Positions 1-9,620 of a stretch of DNA of 64,000 nucleotides are shown piece by piece (within the stretch, counting starts at the first letter, position 1; the number at the start of each line of letters is the position of its first letter). The notes under the pieces were generated by a model. It saw only the letters and a program-made list of their open reading frames with translations. It was not told the DNA's origin and made no database searches. The stretch is taken from IMG/VR virus record IMGVR_UViG_3300046810_000338, positions 124,001 through 188,000 of that record; one strand, written 5' to 3'. The position numbers and the translations under genes were made by a program.

Positions 1-2423
1 ATGAGGGCAGAAGAGTAGAGCTTAAGGCCAACCACTTTAATGACCTTGTTCATGTCGTTGATGTTTTCCATCCCCTCATTGAACAAGATATTGCCGTAGT
101 CTTCTGCTGTGCCGACTTTGAACATGTCGGTCAGTTGCGGCATGATGTTGTTTTCACGGCAGTAACGCAGCACCAGAGTGGACTTAACGCTGGCTTTAAC
201 CAGAGTGACCCATTCATTACTGCTTGTGCCAACTGCTTGTGCGCCCAACACGTCGTCTGGCAGAATCAGGTCCAGCAGTTTCTCCAACGCATCGGAGTAT
301 TCACCCAGTTCAGTCATGCGATTGCTCAGGCCAGTATCTGGCCGTGGCAGAGTGCAGGTGTAGATACTGAAGAAGATCTCGACGTATTTGTCGATACCCA
401 CTGTAGCAACCTTCTCTTTACCACCCAGATCTTCAACGTACTGACCCACCACTTCACGCAACTGATCCATGATACCCTGGTGGTTGATCACGATCTTGAT
501 GATCGTTTCACGGGTCAGGATATTGGTACGGTCCTGGATAATGATTGCGCGTTTGAGAGACAGTTCGTTACTGGTCGCAATCTTGGAGGAGAACTCAATC
601 TGGTTAGACAGATCGACAATCTCTGGCGCCAAGCCATAGCCCATGGTTTGACGTTTGGCCAGGGATTCATCCATGGACAAATCGATCTCACGATACTGGA
701 TATCACGAGGAACGATCTCAACTTTGGTCCCTGGGTAGTTATCACCCCCTTCCACGCTTACCGACAGGCCAGAGTCCTGAGCCATTTCGATCATGCGTTT
801 AGGGTTGGAGGTAGCCCAAGGAATAGAGTTGCTACGACGACGTGCATACTCGTGGACGATCATCTCTTTGGTGCGAGACTTGTTAGGATCGTCTTCATCG
901 ATCGTGATCTTCATGTCACGGTGATCGATCGAGTTACGGATCATGGTCTCAACGTTCATGAACAGCGTCAGCGCGCGGATAGAGGAAAGGATCTTGTTAT
1001 CCTCCATCAGAGAGCGACCGGTGCCGTTGTCGTTGAAGCGATACGCCCAGTAGACCACCATGTCGGCTGGGATGTAAACCAGACGAGTTTGCTTACCCGA
1101 CAGAGCCCGCTCAAACATCAGGTCGTATGCCATCTGCTGACGACTGACGGTGACATTACCCACACTGCCTGCCATGAAGCGGCTTTCAATGTCCCGTGCT
1201 GCCATGTCGCGAAATGCCATGGACGCCTGTTGAGACATCTGTTGAGTGGCGTAGCCGTCTTCATCGCGCAGCTGACTGGCAGCAGCGCTCAACATACCAG
1301 ACAGTGCAGAGCGGTTGTTAAACACGCCGGCATTGATGGTGTTGAAGTAGTCGGTACGCGCCGTCCTGGAGATCATGCTACCGAATTCATCCAGGATAGC
1401 AATGAACCCGATGGGCTTGTCTGGCTTACCCGGTGGGTGAATCGCCATCAGTGCTTCGGTGGAACCTGGCTTGATCAGAGGACCACCAATCGTTTCACGA
1501 CTGGCTTCTTCTTGACGGTTCAACATGAAGATCTCTTCGGCGCGTAGGTTGCCGTTGTGATAAATGTCTTCAATGTTACGGTAGGAGTTACCACCCAGAC
1601 CTTCCAGCACCATGTTCTGCTTGGCAGTCATGGCAGACTGGGTGATGTCTTCTAACTTCATCATCATCGGGTTGTCGTAAATCTCTGGAGACACCCAACC
1701 CTTGCATTTAGTAAAGACACCACACTGCATAACCGGCAGTGGCTGGGTTGGAATAACCAGTTCCGAATTGACGTCATTGAGCATGGACTCAAGTGTCATC
1801 TTGCGGGCAGTAGGTGTGGCGCTTGGAGCGCCCATGTAGCCAACTGGCTTGCCGATGTTCTTGAGGTCGGTAGATTTACGGTACTCTTCCAGAGCAACCT
1901 TCTTACCAGTACGGCCGTTGATCAGGTCGTCCAGCGAGTTTTCTGGGATGATAAGCGTAACGTCGGCGCCTTCCACGAAAAGAGCTTTACGCAATTTATC
2001 CGGAAGCATGGCCTTAATCTTATAGTCGTTCTCGGCATAGTTCTTGACAATGGCGATCATTTTCGCAGTCATCTCTGCCGGCAGAATATTCGGCTGCACC
2101 TGGTGAGACAACTCTGTGTTGATCATGTCCTTAGGGGACAGGACCAACGCGGTCAGAATCTGGATACAGATTTCGACCTCAGGCTGAAGCTGTTGCTGAT
2201 TGATGGCGTCTTCGATGTTACCAGCGACTTGGTCACTGATCTCTTGAAGATAGCCAAAGTTACCCAGGTAAGGGTCTGACCCTGGTGGTCGTGCATACGG
2301 GCTGGTGTCGTGAATCATTTTCGAATGCACGGCAGCAGCGTCTACACCTGGTCGTACGTGGGCAACACGGGCGCTTGGCTTCGCGGTACGGATAACCGTC
2401 TGCGCAGAGACTTTCTGGTTCAT
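1..2423 (-). CDS. Probable portal protein (phiKZ gp129-like), 3'-truncated by the window edge
   Basis: Not in the ORF track. Manual translation from ATG 2423 gives MNQKVSAQTVIRTAK...CIQILTALVLSPKDMINTEL. The same frame is open where spot-checked (about 1560 and 1-120: KVGTAEDYGNILFNEGMENINDMNKVIK). The LSPKDM motif and divergent position next to a gp128-like gene are recalled from phiKZ-like phages. Confidence 0.7.
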   Translation of the reverse strand, partial: MNQKVSAQTVIRTAKPSARVAHVRPGVDAAAVHSKMIHDTSPYARPPGSDPYLGNFGYLQEISDQVAGNIEDAINQQQLQPEVEICIQILTALVLSPKDMINTELSHQVQPNILPAEMTAKMIAIVKNYAENDYKIKAMLPDKLRKALFVEGADVTLIIPENSLDDLINGRTGKKVALEEYRKSTDLKNIGKPVGYMGAPSATPTARKMTLESMLNDVNSELVIPTQPLPVMQCGVFTKCKGWVSPEIYDNPMMMKLEDITQSAMTAKQNMVLEGLGGNSYRNIEDIYHNGNLRAEEIFMLNRQEEASRETIGGPLIKPGSTEALMAIHPPGKPDKPIGFIAILDEFGSMISRTARTDYFNTINAGVFNNRSALSGMLSAAASQLRDEDGYATQQMSQQASMAFRDMAARDIESRFMAGSVGNVTVSRQQMAYDLMFERALSGKQTRLVYIPADMVVYWAYRFNDNGTGRSLMEDNKILSSIRALTLFMNVETMIRNSIDHRDMKITIDEDDPNKSRTKEMIVHEYARRRSNSIPWATSNPKRMIEMAQDSGLSVSVEGGDNYPGTKVEIVPRDIQYREIDLSMDESLAKRQTMGYGLAPEIVDLSNQIEFSSKIATSNELSLKRAIIIQDRTNILTRETIIKIVINHQGIMDQLREVVGQYVEDLGGKEKVATVGIDKYVEIFFSIYTCTLPRPDTGLSNRMTELGEYSDALEKLLDLILPDDVLGAQAVGTSSNEWVTLVKASVKSTLVLRYCRENNIMPQLTDMFKVGTAEDYGNILFNEGMENINDMNKVIKVVGLKLYSSAL

Positions 2424-2470
2424 CAAGAAGTCCTTCTATTTACAGGTGTTTCATTTTTGGGGTGCTGGCT

Positions 2471-4693
2471 ATGGCCAACGACTTTTATCAGATCTATCGC
2501 GCTGATGTGATGCGTTTGGCCAAGACCATGGTCATCAAATCAGAACTCAGTGCGGTGGCTACGAACAGAGCACTGGTAGAAAAAGGTTTTGCCGTTAGTG
2601 CTGATAAAAGCACCTGGCGTTACTACATGAATATCGCGGGTCTATATCATTCTACGAACTCACCGATGCAGGTGGTGTCGCAGGATACTGGCGAGATCAT
2701 TGATTTTACGGTAGAAAACCTCAAGATACACCGGGCAACCGCTCGTGAATACGCTTACGGCTCTCGTTATTACAACACGTTGAAGAATCAGTACAAGCGT
2801 CAGGAATCGCTGATTCTGGGTATCCTTAATCCGGTACCCATGGCCAAAGCCATCGCTGCCAGAGAGTACGAGATTCTTTGGATCGATCCTTTGCTGATCG
2901 ACTCCAACGAGGAAAGCTTCCAGCAACTGGTGCAGAATCAAATCTACGCAGCGATGGATCGTTGGCACGTAGAGATGTATTCGTTCACTGAAGACCTCTA
3001 CGACTGGCTACGCTTTGAGTTGTTGTTCACCAACCTGCCACAGTTCATCATGGTAGCGCGGACACAACTTAGCCGTACAATCCAATCGCACAGCTTCCAC
3101 ATCCGTCAGTTCCTGGCCAGCAATGGCCAACTGGATGTGTACATGGATGCCATGACGAAGAAGCAACAACTCTTCTTCTACCGCAACCTTACGTATCTGC
3201 ACAGGTTCCCTGGTCATACCTCGTCGTTTAATCTGCTGGTACAGAAGGTCTTGGAAGACCGTCAGTTCCCGCTTGCAGATTACACCATGATTCAAAACGT
3301 TTCAGACATGCCTAACAGCGTCGAGCCTACCGTTGAATTGGTTCGTCGTGAGACCACCGCTGATTATGCCGGTGTTGCACCTACCAAGGTGAGCGTGTTG
3401 AGCGTGTTGCAGAAACAGGTTAAGTTGGCTCGCAGTAACGGCGCATTGATTGGCGATAACGAAACTGAGACCACCAGTCTCATGTTGTCTGCCAAGTCCA
3501 GCACTGTGCAAACCAAGGTGCTTGAGTCCAGCGTGTTGGACATGACGGATTCCCAGATTTATCGTCTGGAAGACTTCCTGCTCAACAACTGGGTGTACCT
3601 GTCTGCCAATGAACGGTATCGGGCTCTGGTAACGTTTGCCAACCCTCGTACTGGGGTGCCTGTACAACTGACGGCACTGGATGCGTTTATCCTGTTCCTG
3701 TTTGCGTACAACCGGTCGATGGGTCAGGATTTACCATTGGTGCCAAACATCAATGCGATCTGTGTGCCTAAGACGCCTGCTCCTACTCCAGCAGAGATGT
3801 TGGATAAGATGGGCACCGTTGGACACTCGACACTGGAAGTGGCGATTGCACTGTGGGACATGTTGCCTCCCATTGGTACGTTCACCTCAACCGATGCTTT
3901 CTACAATGCGATCTACGCCCTTTACATTGGGGCCATGGACCAGCAGACGGTGGCATCGTTTCAGGGTAACTACAACTCCCGTGCTGAAGCTGAAGCCATG
4001 GGCATGTACATGTTCCAGGACGTGTTCGTTAACCTGGCCGATGAAATCCCTACTGCACAGTGGCTGAATGTGCGGGGTCTGGATTCGGTGCTGGACTTCA
4101 GTCAGGCTGAGCTGGATGATCTGTGGACCAACCTGTTGTCTAAAGCTACAGGGATGGACCTTAACACCACGATGAGCCTCAACGATATTCACCGTGCCAT
4201 GATCGGTATCATGTCCCGGCTTTCGTCGTACACGGTTCAGTACCTGCGTGAGATCAACGATGGTCCTCTCAAGCCACTGGCGGTTAAGTTCATTCGCTTC
4301 GGTGATTCTGACAGCGCTGAGGAAGCCACTCACAACTGGGACCTGTTAAAGCTTAAGGAGTTTACTTCCAAAGGCTCCAGCTGGAACCGGTCTGATATGA
4401 CCAAGCTTGAGGATTACCCAATCATCAAGCGGGAAGTGTCGGGTGAGGGCAATGCTTTCATGAAAGTGGGGTTGGAGTTTGAGCAGAACACCACCGCTCA
4501 GGGTTACTCTGAATGGACCCTGCCTACTCTGAGAATGTTTGACCCGGTATTAAGGCCACCTACCGACCTTAGTAACCTCAGCGGTACCAGTGAGTTAAGA
4601 CTGGCGCCTCTGGAACCTGCACTGCGTGACATCCGTGAGTTGATTACGGTAACGACGTTGTCTGGGTTGAACTACCCTAATCGGCTTACCTAG
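2471..4693 (+). CDS. Virion structural/baseplate protein (phiKZ gp128-like)
   Basis: About 740 aa. The N-terminus (MANDFYQIYRADVMRLAKTMVIKS...WRYYMNIAGLYH) resembles recalled jumbo-phage gp128 homologues. ATG 2471 is preferred over GTG 2462. Confidence 0.6.
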   Translation: MANDFYQIYRADVMRLAKTMVIKSELSAVATNRALVEKGFAVSADKSTWRYYMNIAGLYHSTNSPMQVVSQDTGEIIDFTVENLKIHRATAREYAYGSRYYNTLKNQYKRQESLILGILNPVPMAKAIAAREYEILWIDPLLIDSNEESFQQLVQNQIYAAMDRWHVEMYSFTEDLYDWLRFELLFTNLPQFIMVARTQLSRTIQSHSFHIRQFLASNGQLDVYMDAMTKKQQLFFYRNLTYLHRFPGHTSSFNLLVQKVLEDRQFPLADYTMIQNVSDMPNSVEPTVELVRRETTADYAGVAPTKVSVLSVLQKQVKLARSNGALIGDNETETTSLMLSAKSSTVQTKVLESSVLDMTDSQIYRLEDFLLNNWVYLSANERYRALVTFANPRTGVPVQLTALDAFILFLFAYNRSMGQDLPLVPNINAICVPKTPAPTPAEMLDKMGTVGHSTLEVAIALWDMLPPIGTFTSTDAFYNAIYALYIGAMDQQTVASFQGNYNSRAEAEAMGMYMFQDVFVNLADEIPTAQWLNVRGLDSVLDFSQAELDDLWTNLLSKATGMDLNTTMSLNDIHRAMIGIMSRLSSYTVQYLREINDGPLKPLAVKFIRFGDSDSAEEATHNWDLLKLKEFTSKGSSWNRSDMTKLEDYPIIKREVSGEGNAFMKVGLEFEQNTTAQGYSEWTLPTLRMFDPVLRPPTDLSNLSGTSELRLAPLEPALRDIRELITVTTLSGLNYPNRLT

Positions 4694-4694
4694 C

Positions 4695-4726
4695 CATAGC
4701 GGGCCTTGTGCCCGCTTATTTTTTTG
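4695..4726 (+). terminator. Intrinsic terminator-like hairpin with U-tract
   Basis: AGCGGGC(4698-4704)/GCCCGCT(4710-4716) followed by TATTTTTTTG, immediately after the 4693 stop. Confidence 0.7.
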
Positions 4727-4743
4727 TCGAATGGAAGAAGATC

Positions 4744-5961
4744 ATGAGCGACTTCTATTATGAACGTGCAGTTCGGCTTCCGCCAGCGGATGCCGTTTTG
4801 TTCATGTTCAACTATGAAAACAATACCGGCATCAACATGGACGAGGTGACCATCAGTCCTCCCTATGGCACTGATGAGCAAGGCCACACGATGGTCAAGA
4901 TTACTGGCCTCAACGGAACCACGGTGGCAGGTGACGGTGGTTATTTTAACACCGCAACCTTTGGCTACTACCGCGTGGCTCTGAGTCAGATTGGGTTGTC
5001 GACCACGGGCTCGTTCTTTGACGTGATTGGTTCGCGACCAGGGTTCTTGGACATTGTTGAAGAGCTGACTCGTCAGACCCAGTTCAATTGCTCACCTGAG
5101 GATTTCTATCAGGTGGAGTATCGCTCGGACATCGAGGGCGGGTATGTGCTCAAAGCGCATCCCAATAGCTGGCGATTTACGGGAGAGATCAACATTGGTC
5201 ATCCTCGTCGTGCTAACTTCGACGATGTAATCCCAGCGGGTCTTGAGCTGTCGTTTGAAGACTACAACGGCATCTTCGATCTCAAGGTGGACCGTTTGGC
5301 TATCAACTACGACCTGACCGAATACCCAACGGTTGTTCCTAAACTGATTCAGGGTTACAAGGTTCAGCTCAACGACATCGTGTTGTTCAACACGCTGCTC
5401 GTTCAGGCAGATTACAGTGGGTTGACACTGACCAACTCCACAACGCCTGACTCATTGCTCAACATCTACCAGGCACAGGTGATCTACCACGGACCCCTGC
5501 GCCAAGACAAAGACCCCAAGCACCTGTTCACCTCTCGTGACATGGTGATCGAGCTGCAACCGTCTAGCACCTATGCGCCATTGGCCCTGGGGACTATGAA
5601 GCTTTACTATGCTTCTACGGGGACAGTGGTTCCAACATCTGGCAATGAGTTGATCTATGCGATGCAAATGTACAGTACGCCGGCCTCTGGTAGCCTTCAG
5701 GCAGCCTTCTGGTCTCAGTGCGTAGTGGGCAAGGTGTTGGAGGACAACGGCGGTGCTATGGACGTCTCAGTGGCTTTTGAGGCAGCCTTTGGTCTAAGTT
5801 ATGATGCACTCATCAAACGCGCCTTGAAAGTGACCTACAATGGTCCTGCTAGACCTAACGATTTGGTCCCAGAAGGCAAGACGACTTGTAACGTGGTTGA
5901 ACTCTCCGTCGTGGACAGTCCGCTCACATTTGTCTATGGGCCAGCCAAGGTGTACTACTAA
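4744..5961 (+). CDS. Virion structural protein (phiKZ gp130-like; probable baseplate/fibre-associated)
   Basis: Long ORF with beta-rich composition in a structural operon. ATG 4744 follows a GGAAGAAG purine tract; the track start at 4708 lies inside the terminator. Confidence 0.55.
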   Translation: MSDFYYERAVRLPPADAVLFMFNYENNTGINMDEVTISPPYGTDEQGHTMVKITGLNGTTVAGDGGYFNTATFGYYRVALSQIGLSTTGSFFDVIGSRPGFLDIVEELTRQTQFNCSPEDFYQVEYRSDIEGGYVLKAHPNSWRFTGEINIGHPRRANFDDVIPAGLELSFEDYNGIFDLKVDRLAINYDLTEYPTVVPKLIQGYKVQLNDIVLFNTLLVQADYSGLTLTNSTTPDSLLNIYQAQVIYHGPLRQDKDPKHLFTSRDMVIELQPSSTYAPLALGTMKLYYASTGTVVPTSGNELIYAMQMYSTPASGSLQAAFWSQCVVGKVLEDNGGAMDVSVAFEAAFGLSYDALIKRALKVTYNGPARPNDLVPEGKTTCNVVELSVVDSPLTFVYGPAKVYY

Positions 5962-6530
5962 TGAGCACAACTATTGATCTTTTGGCCATCTCTCAGGAGG
6001 AGGCCGTCATTCGTGCGTTGTCCGCTCGAATGGCCATCGATTACTCATTGATTCAACCGGGGTTCTTCTTCTTTGGGTATAACCACATTGACGATACCAA
6101 AGTCACTGTGACGTTGAATGCCCGTGCTATCACCATTGATGGCAACGCAACCCCGTGGATCAACGAGCGCAGCATTCAGTTCAGCCGAGCTATTCTGCGC
6201 GGCTTGCCTAGTCAGCGTGTCATGACGGTTAACTGGGTATCGGGCATGGCCATGGAACATGTGTTGCGAGCATTGTTCGTACTGCACAGTTTCTATGTCA
6301 CGTTGGCAGAGCTTGAGTTCTACGATGCCGGCTCTGATACCTGGGTAGCACTGGCTGAAACCTATCGACCACCTGTGGGTGTCATGCGAGTGCGGTTCAA
6401 TACTGCACAGGCACGGATCGTTCCTAGCAGCAGTGAGTTCCAGGTTGAGCTGGTTACCACCCAGCGCTACGACATTGGCGAATACCTGCGGATCATTTCT
6501 GCCGGTACCATCACGGGGGCATTGCAATGA
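5961..6530 (+). CDS. Putative virion structural protein
   Basis: 189 aa, translationally coupled (TAATG) to the upstream gene. Confidence 0.55.
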   Translation: MSTTIDLLAISQEEAVIRALSARMAIDYSLIQPGFFFFGYNHIDDTKVTVTLNARAITIDGNATPWINERSIQFSRAILRGLPSQRVMTVNWVSGMAMEHVLRALFVLHSFYVTLAELEFYDAGSDTWVALAETYRPPVGVMRVRFNTAQARIVPSSSEFQVELVTTQRYDIGEYLRIISAGTITGALQ

Positions 6531-7024
6531 AGACGATCGGTCGATCCGAGCTTCGGGGCATTGGTCCCACTCAGCTGATCCTGTTGTATTTGAACCGCGC
6601 TAATGACTTTGTCATTACTGCTGATCAGATCAAGCAGGGGTCGGTTGAGCGCAATGCCGATGGCAATGCGGTCGTTACGCTTCAGCCGGGTGATAAAACC
6701 AATTGGATCAATGGTCCGATCGAGGTGATCATTCCGCCTGTGCAGGTAGACGTCATTTACGGCGCTACTGCAACGATTGAGTACCCCTCTATTGGTGAGC
6801 TTACTCGTGCACAGGTTCTGGCTGCCGCTGACCTACCGCCACTGGCTCCAACGACGGTGGGGGTGGGCGACTTTGCGTTCAATGACGACGGTCCTCTGAC
6901 CGTCTCATACCGCCTCACGTACAACAACTATTTCTTCCAGGGATCGATTGTGGTTGAGATTGCGAATGCTCCAAACGATCTGACTGTACTCGCCCACCTC
7001 AACCAACTGTTTCTGGACATGTAA
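6527..7024 (+). CDS. Putative virion structural protein
   Basis: 165 aa, ATGA overlap with the upstream gene. Confidence 0.55.
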   Translation: MKTIGRSELRGIGPTQLILLYLNRANDFVITADQIKQGSVERNADGNAVVTLQPGDKTNWINGPIEVIIPPVQVDVIYGATATIEYPSIGELTRAQVLAAADLPPLAPTTVGVGDFAFNDDGPLTVSYRLTYNNYFFQGSIVVEIANAPNDLTVLAHLNQLFLDM

Positions 7025-7033
7025 GGACAGGTC

Positions 7034-7894
7034 ATGAAAAATACGATCTCTACCATTTACGGTGCATACTTGCAGGCCTGCCAGTATTTCAAGCAGCCTT
7101 TCGAGCTAACACCGTTCACTACCCTCAATGAAAAGATGGGGGTGTTGTCAGGTGTACAACCATATGAGGGCGAAATGCCATCTGTGGGTTACGTGGCTAT
7201 CGGTAACGGTGGGCACAAGTCGGTGATGTCGGCCAGTGGTCGTCCCTACACCGTGGGCGAGCAGCATTCCACCACGGATGCCAGCTTGTTCAACATGATC
7301 CCATTGGTCGTCCGTCCTCTGACCGCCGACCTGACGCTGGCTGAGCGACTGAACTACAAGATCCGCGTGGTTAAGCTGCACAATGGCGTTTGGTACGCGA
7401 TCTACTACGTCAAGGTATTGGACATGTCCACTGCCCGTCCGAAGATGACGATGAACACTCGCGTCAATGGCCAGATCAGCAGCCGTCCATTCGTGCCGGA
7501 TACCACCAACCTCAACCCAACCCCGTTGGTGCTAACCTCTACTACGCCTCTGGTTGCCAGCGGCGAGTACGCAGCTGTCAACTCGGTAGTGGACGCTATC
7601 TTCTCGGCAGCAGAAATTGCTGACATCATCCTGGGTCAAACGATTCTGGAAGACAACGAAGGTCTGGCGATCATCTCCGAGATTGCAGTGGTGTCGGGTA
7701 TCCCTCGCATCGTTCAAGGCATTGGCGCTGGCAACACCAGCATCGAGTACGGTGATTTGGTTGCTGCCCAGGTTTGCGGTATTCTGAACACCTACCACAG
7801 TCTGCCAAACTCCAACTCCATGGTGAAAGAATCCATGGTATTGGGTACCAGTGATCCAATGTTGACCAACACTGGGTTGACCACTTCCTCCTGA
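7034..7894 (+). CDS. Virion structural protein (phiKZ gp139-like, probable baseplate)
   Basis: AAGGA RBS. Motifs FTTLNEKMGV, YVAIGNGGH, LFNMIPLVVR and YYVKVLD are recalled as conserved in this jumbo-phage family. Confidence 0.65.
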   Translation: MKNTISTIYGAYLQACQYFKQPFELTPFTTLNEKMGVLSGVQPYEGEMPSVGYVAIGNGGHKSVMSASGRPYTVGEQHSTTDASLFNMIPLVVRPLTADLTLAERLNYKIRVVKLHNGVWYAIYYVKVLDMSTARPKMTMNTRVNGQISSRPFVPDTTNLNPTPLVLTSTTPLVASGEYAAVNSVVDAIFSAAEIADIILGQTILEDNEGLAIISEIAVVSGIPRIVQGIGAGNTSIEYGDLVAAQVCGILNTYHSLPNSNSMVKESMVLGTSDPMLTNTGLTTSS

Positions 7895-7908
7895 TACAAG
7901 GCCCGGAC

Positions 7909-8493
7909 ATGGAAACTACCGACAGAGACTGTGTCCGTGTCATGGCGATAGACCCAGGGAGCCGATCCCTGGGTATCTCGATTGTGGACTGCTTTCTTCA
8001 CGAACAGGAACTGGTGTTGACAGAAGCTTGGACGCTCACGACTGAGCAAGCCTTGCGACGTCAACGCTTTAGAGCAGCACGCATTGGCGAGCATGCTGTG
8101 CGACTGGAAGCGATCTATACTGAAGTTCTTCATGGGTTGCAAACGTATTATCCAGATGCCGTCGTCATGGAAACCCCCTACCTGGGTCGGCTTCCACAGT
8201 CCTTCTTTGTTCTAACGCAGGTCATGACCTGCATTGAACGAGCGGTGGCAGATTACTCGTCTGCCATGTACTTGCAAAAGATTGACCCGGCTACTGTTAA
8301 GAAGGCAATAGGAGTCCCTGGGAACTCCTCTGACAAGGAACTAGTTAGACAAGCGGTGTATGCTTTGCCGAACTTGGAAAACCTCTCAGGACGCTCGCTG
8401 GAGAGTCTCAGTGAGCATGCCATTGACGGTACTGCCGTGGCGCATTACTACTGTGTATCCGAACTCGGGCTCAAATGGGTTAAGCCAACATGA
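7909..8493 (+). CDS. ruvC: Holliday junction resolvase, RuvC family
   Basis: MAIDPGSRSLG (catalytic Asp), VVMETPY (Glu), PATVKKAIG and HAIDGTAVA match the RuvC motif layout. Confidence 0.9.
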   Translation: METTDRDCVRVMAIDPGSRSLGISIVDCFLHEQELVLTEAWTLTTEQALRRQRFRAARIGEHAVRLEAIYTEVLHGLQTYYPDAVVMETPYLGRLPQSFFVLTQVMTCIERAVADYSSAMYLQKIDPATVKKAIGVPGNSSDKELVRQAVYALPNLENLSGRSLESLSEHAIDGTAVAHYYCVSELGLKWVKPT

Positions 8494-9026
8494 TAGACAA
8501 ACTAAAGGGCTGGATCATTGGGGTATTGATCAGTGCCGTAATACTTGGAGGTGCGTTCTTTGGAGCAGCTTCTATCTACGGTACCTGGAAAGTGCACCAG
8601 TCACTCCAAAAGGTTGAAGAGACTCGGGTAGCGAACTTGGAAGAGAAATCGTTTGCCGAGGTGAATACAGAATTGGACGTGGCTAACAAAGCCATTGACA
8701 CCAACGCTGCAACTGCTAAAGATACATTAAAGGAGATCCTCCATGACGCTTCAGCCGAGAGTGACCAGCGGGAGCGCAAGGTTCCAGCCGCCGCCATTAT
8801 CAGCAGCAAAACCACGCCAGGCTCAGTCTCTGCGCCTGCCAAAGTTGAAACAGTGGCTCCTGTCCATCGTCCTAGTGGCACTACCCTGCGTACTATTGAC
8901 AGCGTGTGGGGGAACTACTGTGGAAACTTTCCAGACCAACCTGGTTGCGAAAACTACAAAGCTGGACAAAAAGACGTGTCTGCCAGTGCCACCGCCACCC
9001 CGGTCGCTGATCGAACAGTCAACTGA
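8490..9026 (+). CDS. Putative inner-membrane spanin (Rz-like)
   Basis: N-terminal TM helix (WIIGVLISAVILGGAFFGAASIYG) and helical periplasmic region with two C-terminal Cys. Overlaps a +1-frame lipoprotein ORF. Confidence 0.65.
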   Translation: MIDKLKGWIIGVLISAVILGGAFFGAASIYGTWKVHQSLQKVEETRVANLEEKSFAEVNTELDVANKAIDTNAATAKDTLKEILHDASAESDQRERKVPAAAIISSKTTPGSVSAPAKVETVAPVHRPSGTTLRTIDSVWGNYCGNFPDQPGCENYKAGQKDVSASATATPVADRTVN

Positions 9027-9156
9027 CCAGGAAACTGTAGTGATCTTCGGTGAAGCGATCATTGAGCGTGACGGGGTCATTGCCAAGTGCATTAAGCAGT
9101 TGGACGCCAATGACAAATATCAGCAGCAGATCGATAAAGGTTTGAAAGATAAATGA
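8845..9156 (+). CDS. Putative outer-membrane spanin lipoprotein (Rz1-like)
   Basis: TTG 8845 gives MKQWLLSIVLVALPCVLLTA|CGG, a signal peptide with a lipobox, followed by a Pro-rich segment CLPVPPPP and further Cys. It starts inside the Rz-like gene. The track ORF starts upstream at 8743. Confidence 0.7.
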   Translation: MKQWLLSIVLVALPCVLLTACGGTTVETFQTNLVAKTTKLDKKTCLPVPPPPRSLIEQSTDQETVVIFGEAIIERDGVIAKCIKQLDANDKYQQQIDKGLKDK

Positions 9157-9569
9157 ACCTATTAGCAGCCACGATGGGTGACCCAGCGGCAGCGATCGGT
9201 GTCCAGCCATGGTACTCATCGATTGTGCCGCTGATTCAACTGAGTTTCCCAACAGGTACCGACATATCTCCTGTGTTGACCTGTAATGAGTTTCTCCAGC
9301 TCATACTCAGCCTGCCGCCTGATGTACGGACACGGATCTTGAACACTGAGATCCCTGAGACGGCCGAACAGATCGAGGAAGTAAAACGAGCGGGACATAA
9401 GAACCTGTTGGTTGCGATCTGCATCGTCCTCCTGGTCTTCACCATTCTTATCACTGGGTTCTATGTTTCCATGACCACCGATCGTGGGCAGCCTATTGAT
9501 TCGAACGTGATGAGTCAGTTCTTTACGTTCATCATCGACATTCTCAAGATGTTGATTGGCGACAACTAA
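9153..9569 (+). CDS. Membrane protein, possible holin
   Basis: 138 aa with a strong TM helix (LLVAICIVLLVFTILITGFYV) and a C-terminal amphipathic helix. Its start overlaps the o-spanin stop codon. Confidence 0.45.
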   Translation: MNLLAATMGDPAAAIGVQPWYSSIVPLIQLSFPTGTDISPVLTCNEFLQLILSLPPDVRTRILNTEIPETAEQIEEVKRAGHKNLLVAICIVLLVFTILITGFYVSMTTDRGQPIDSNVMSQFFTFIIDILKMLIGDN

Positions 9570-9570
9570 A

Positions 9571-9617
9571 CATATGGCCACTGCCATTCCCTGTGAGGGG
9601 AATGGCAGTGGCTTATG
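9571..9617. terminator. Bidirectional hairpin between convergent genes, flanked by CATA/TATG
   Basis: 15-bp perfect stem GCCACTGCCATTCCC(9577-9591)/GGGAATGGCAGTGGC(9598-9612). Confidence 0.75.
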
Positions 9618-9620
9618 CTG

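Noticed and set aside
135-1547. 470-aa plus-strand ORF
   Set aside because: It is the antisense shadow of the minus-strand portal-like gene. It has a TTG start with no RBS and unnatural composition.
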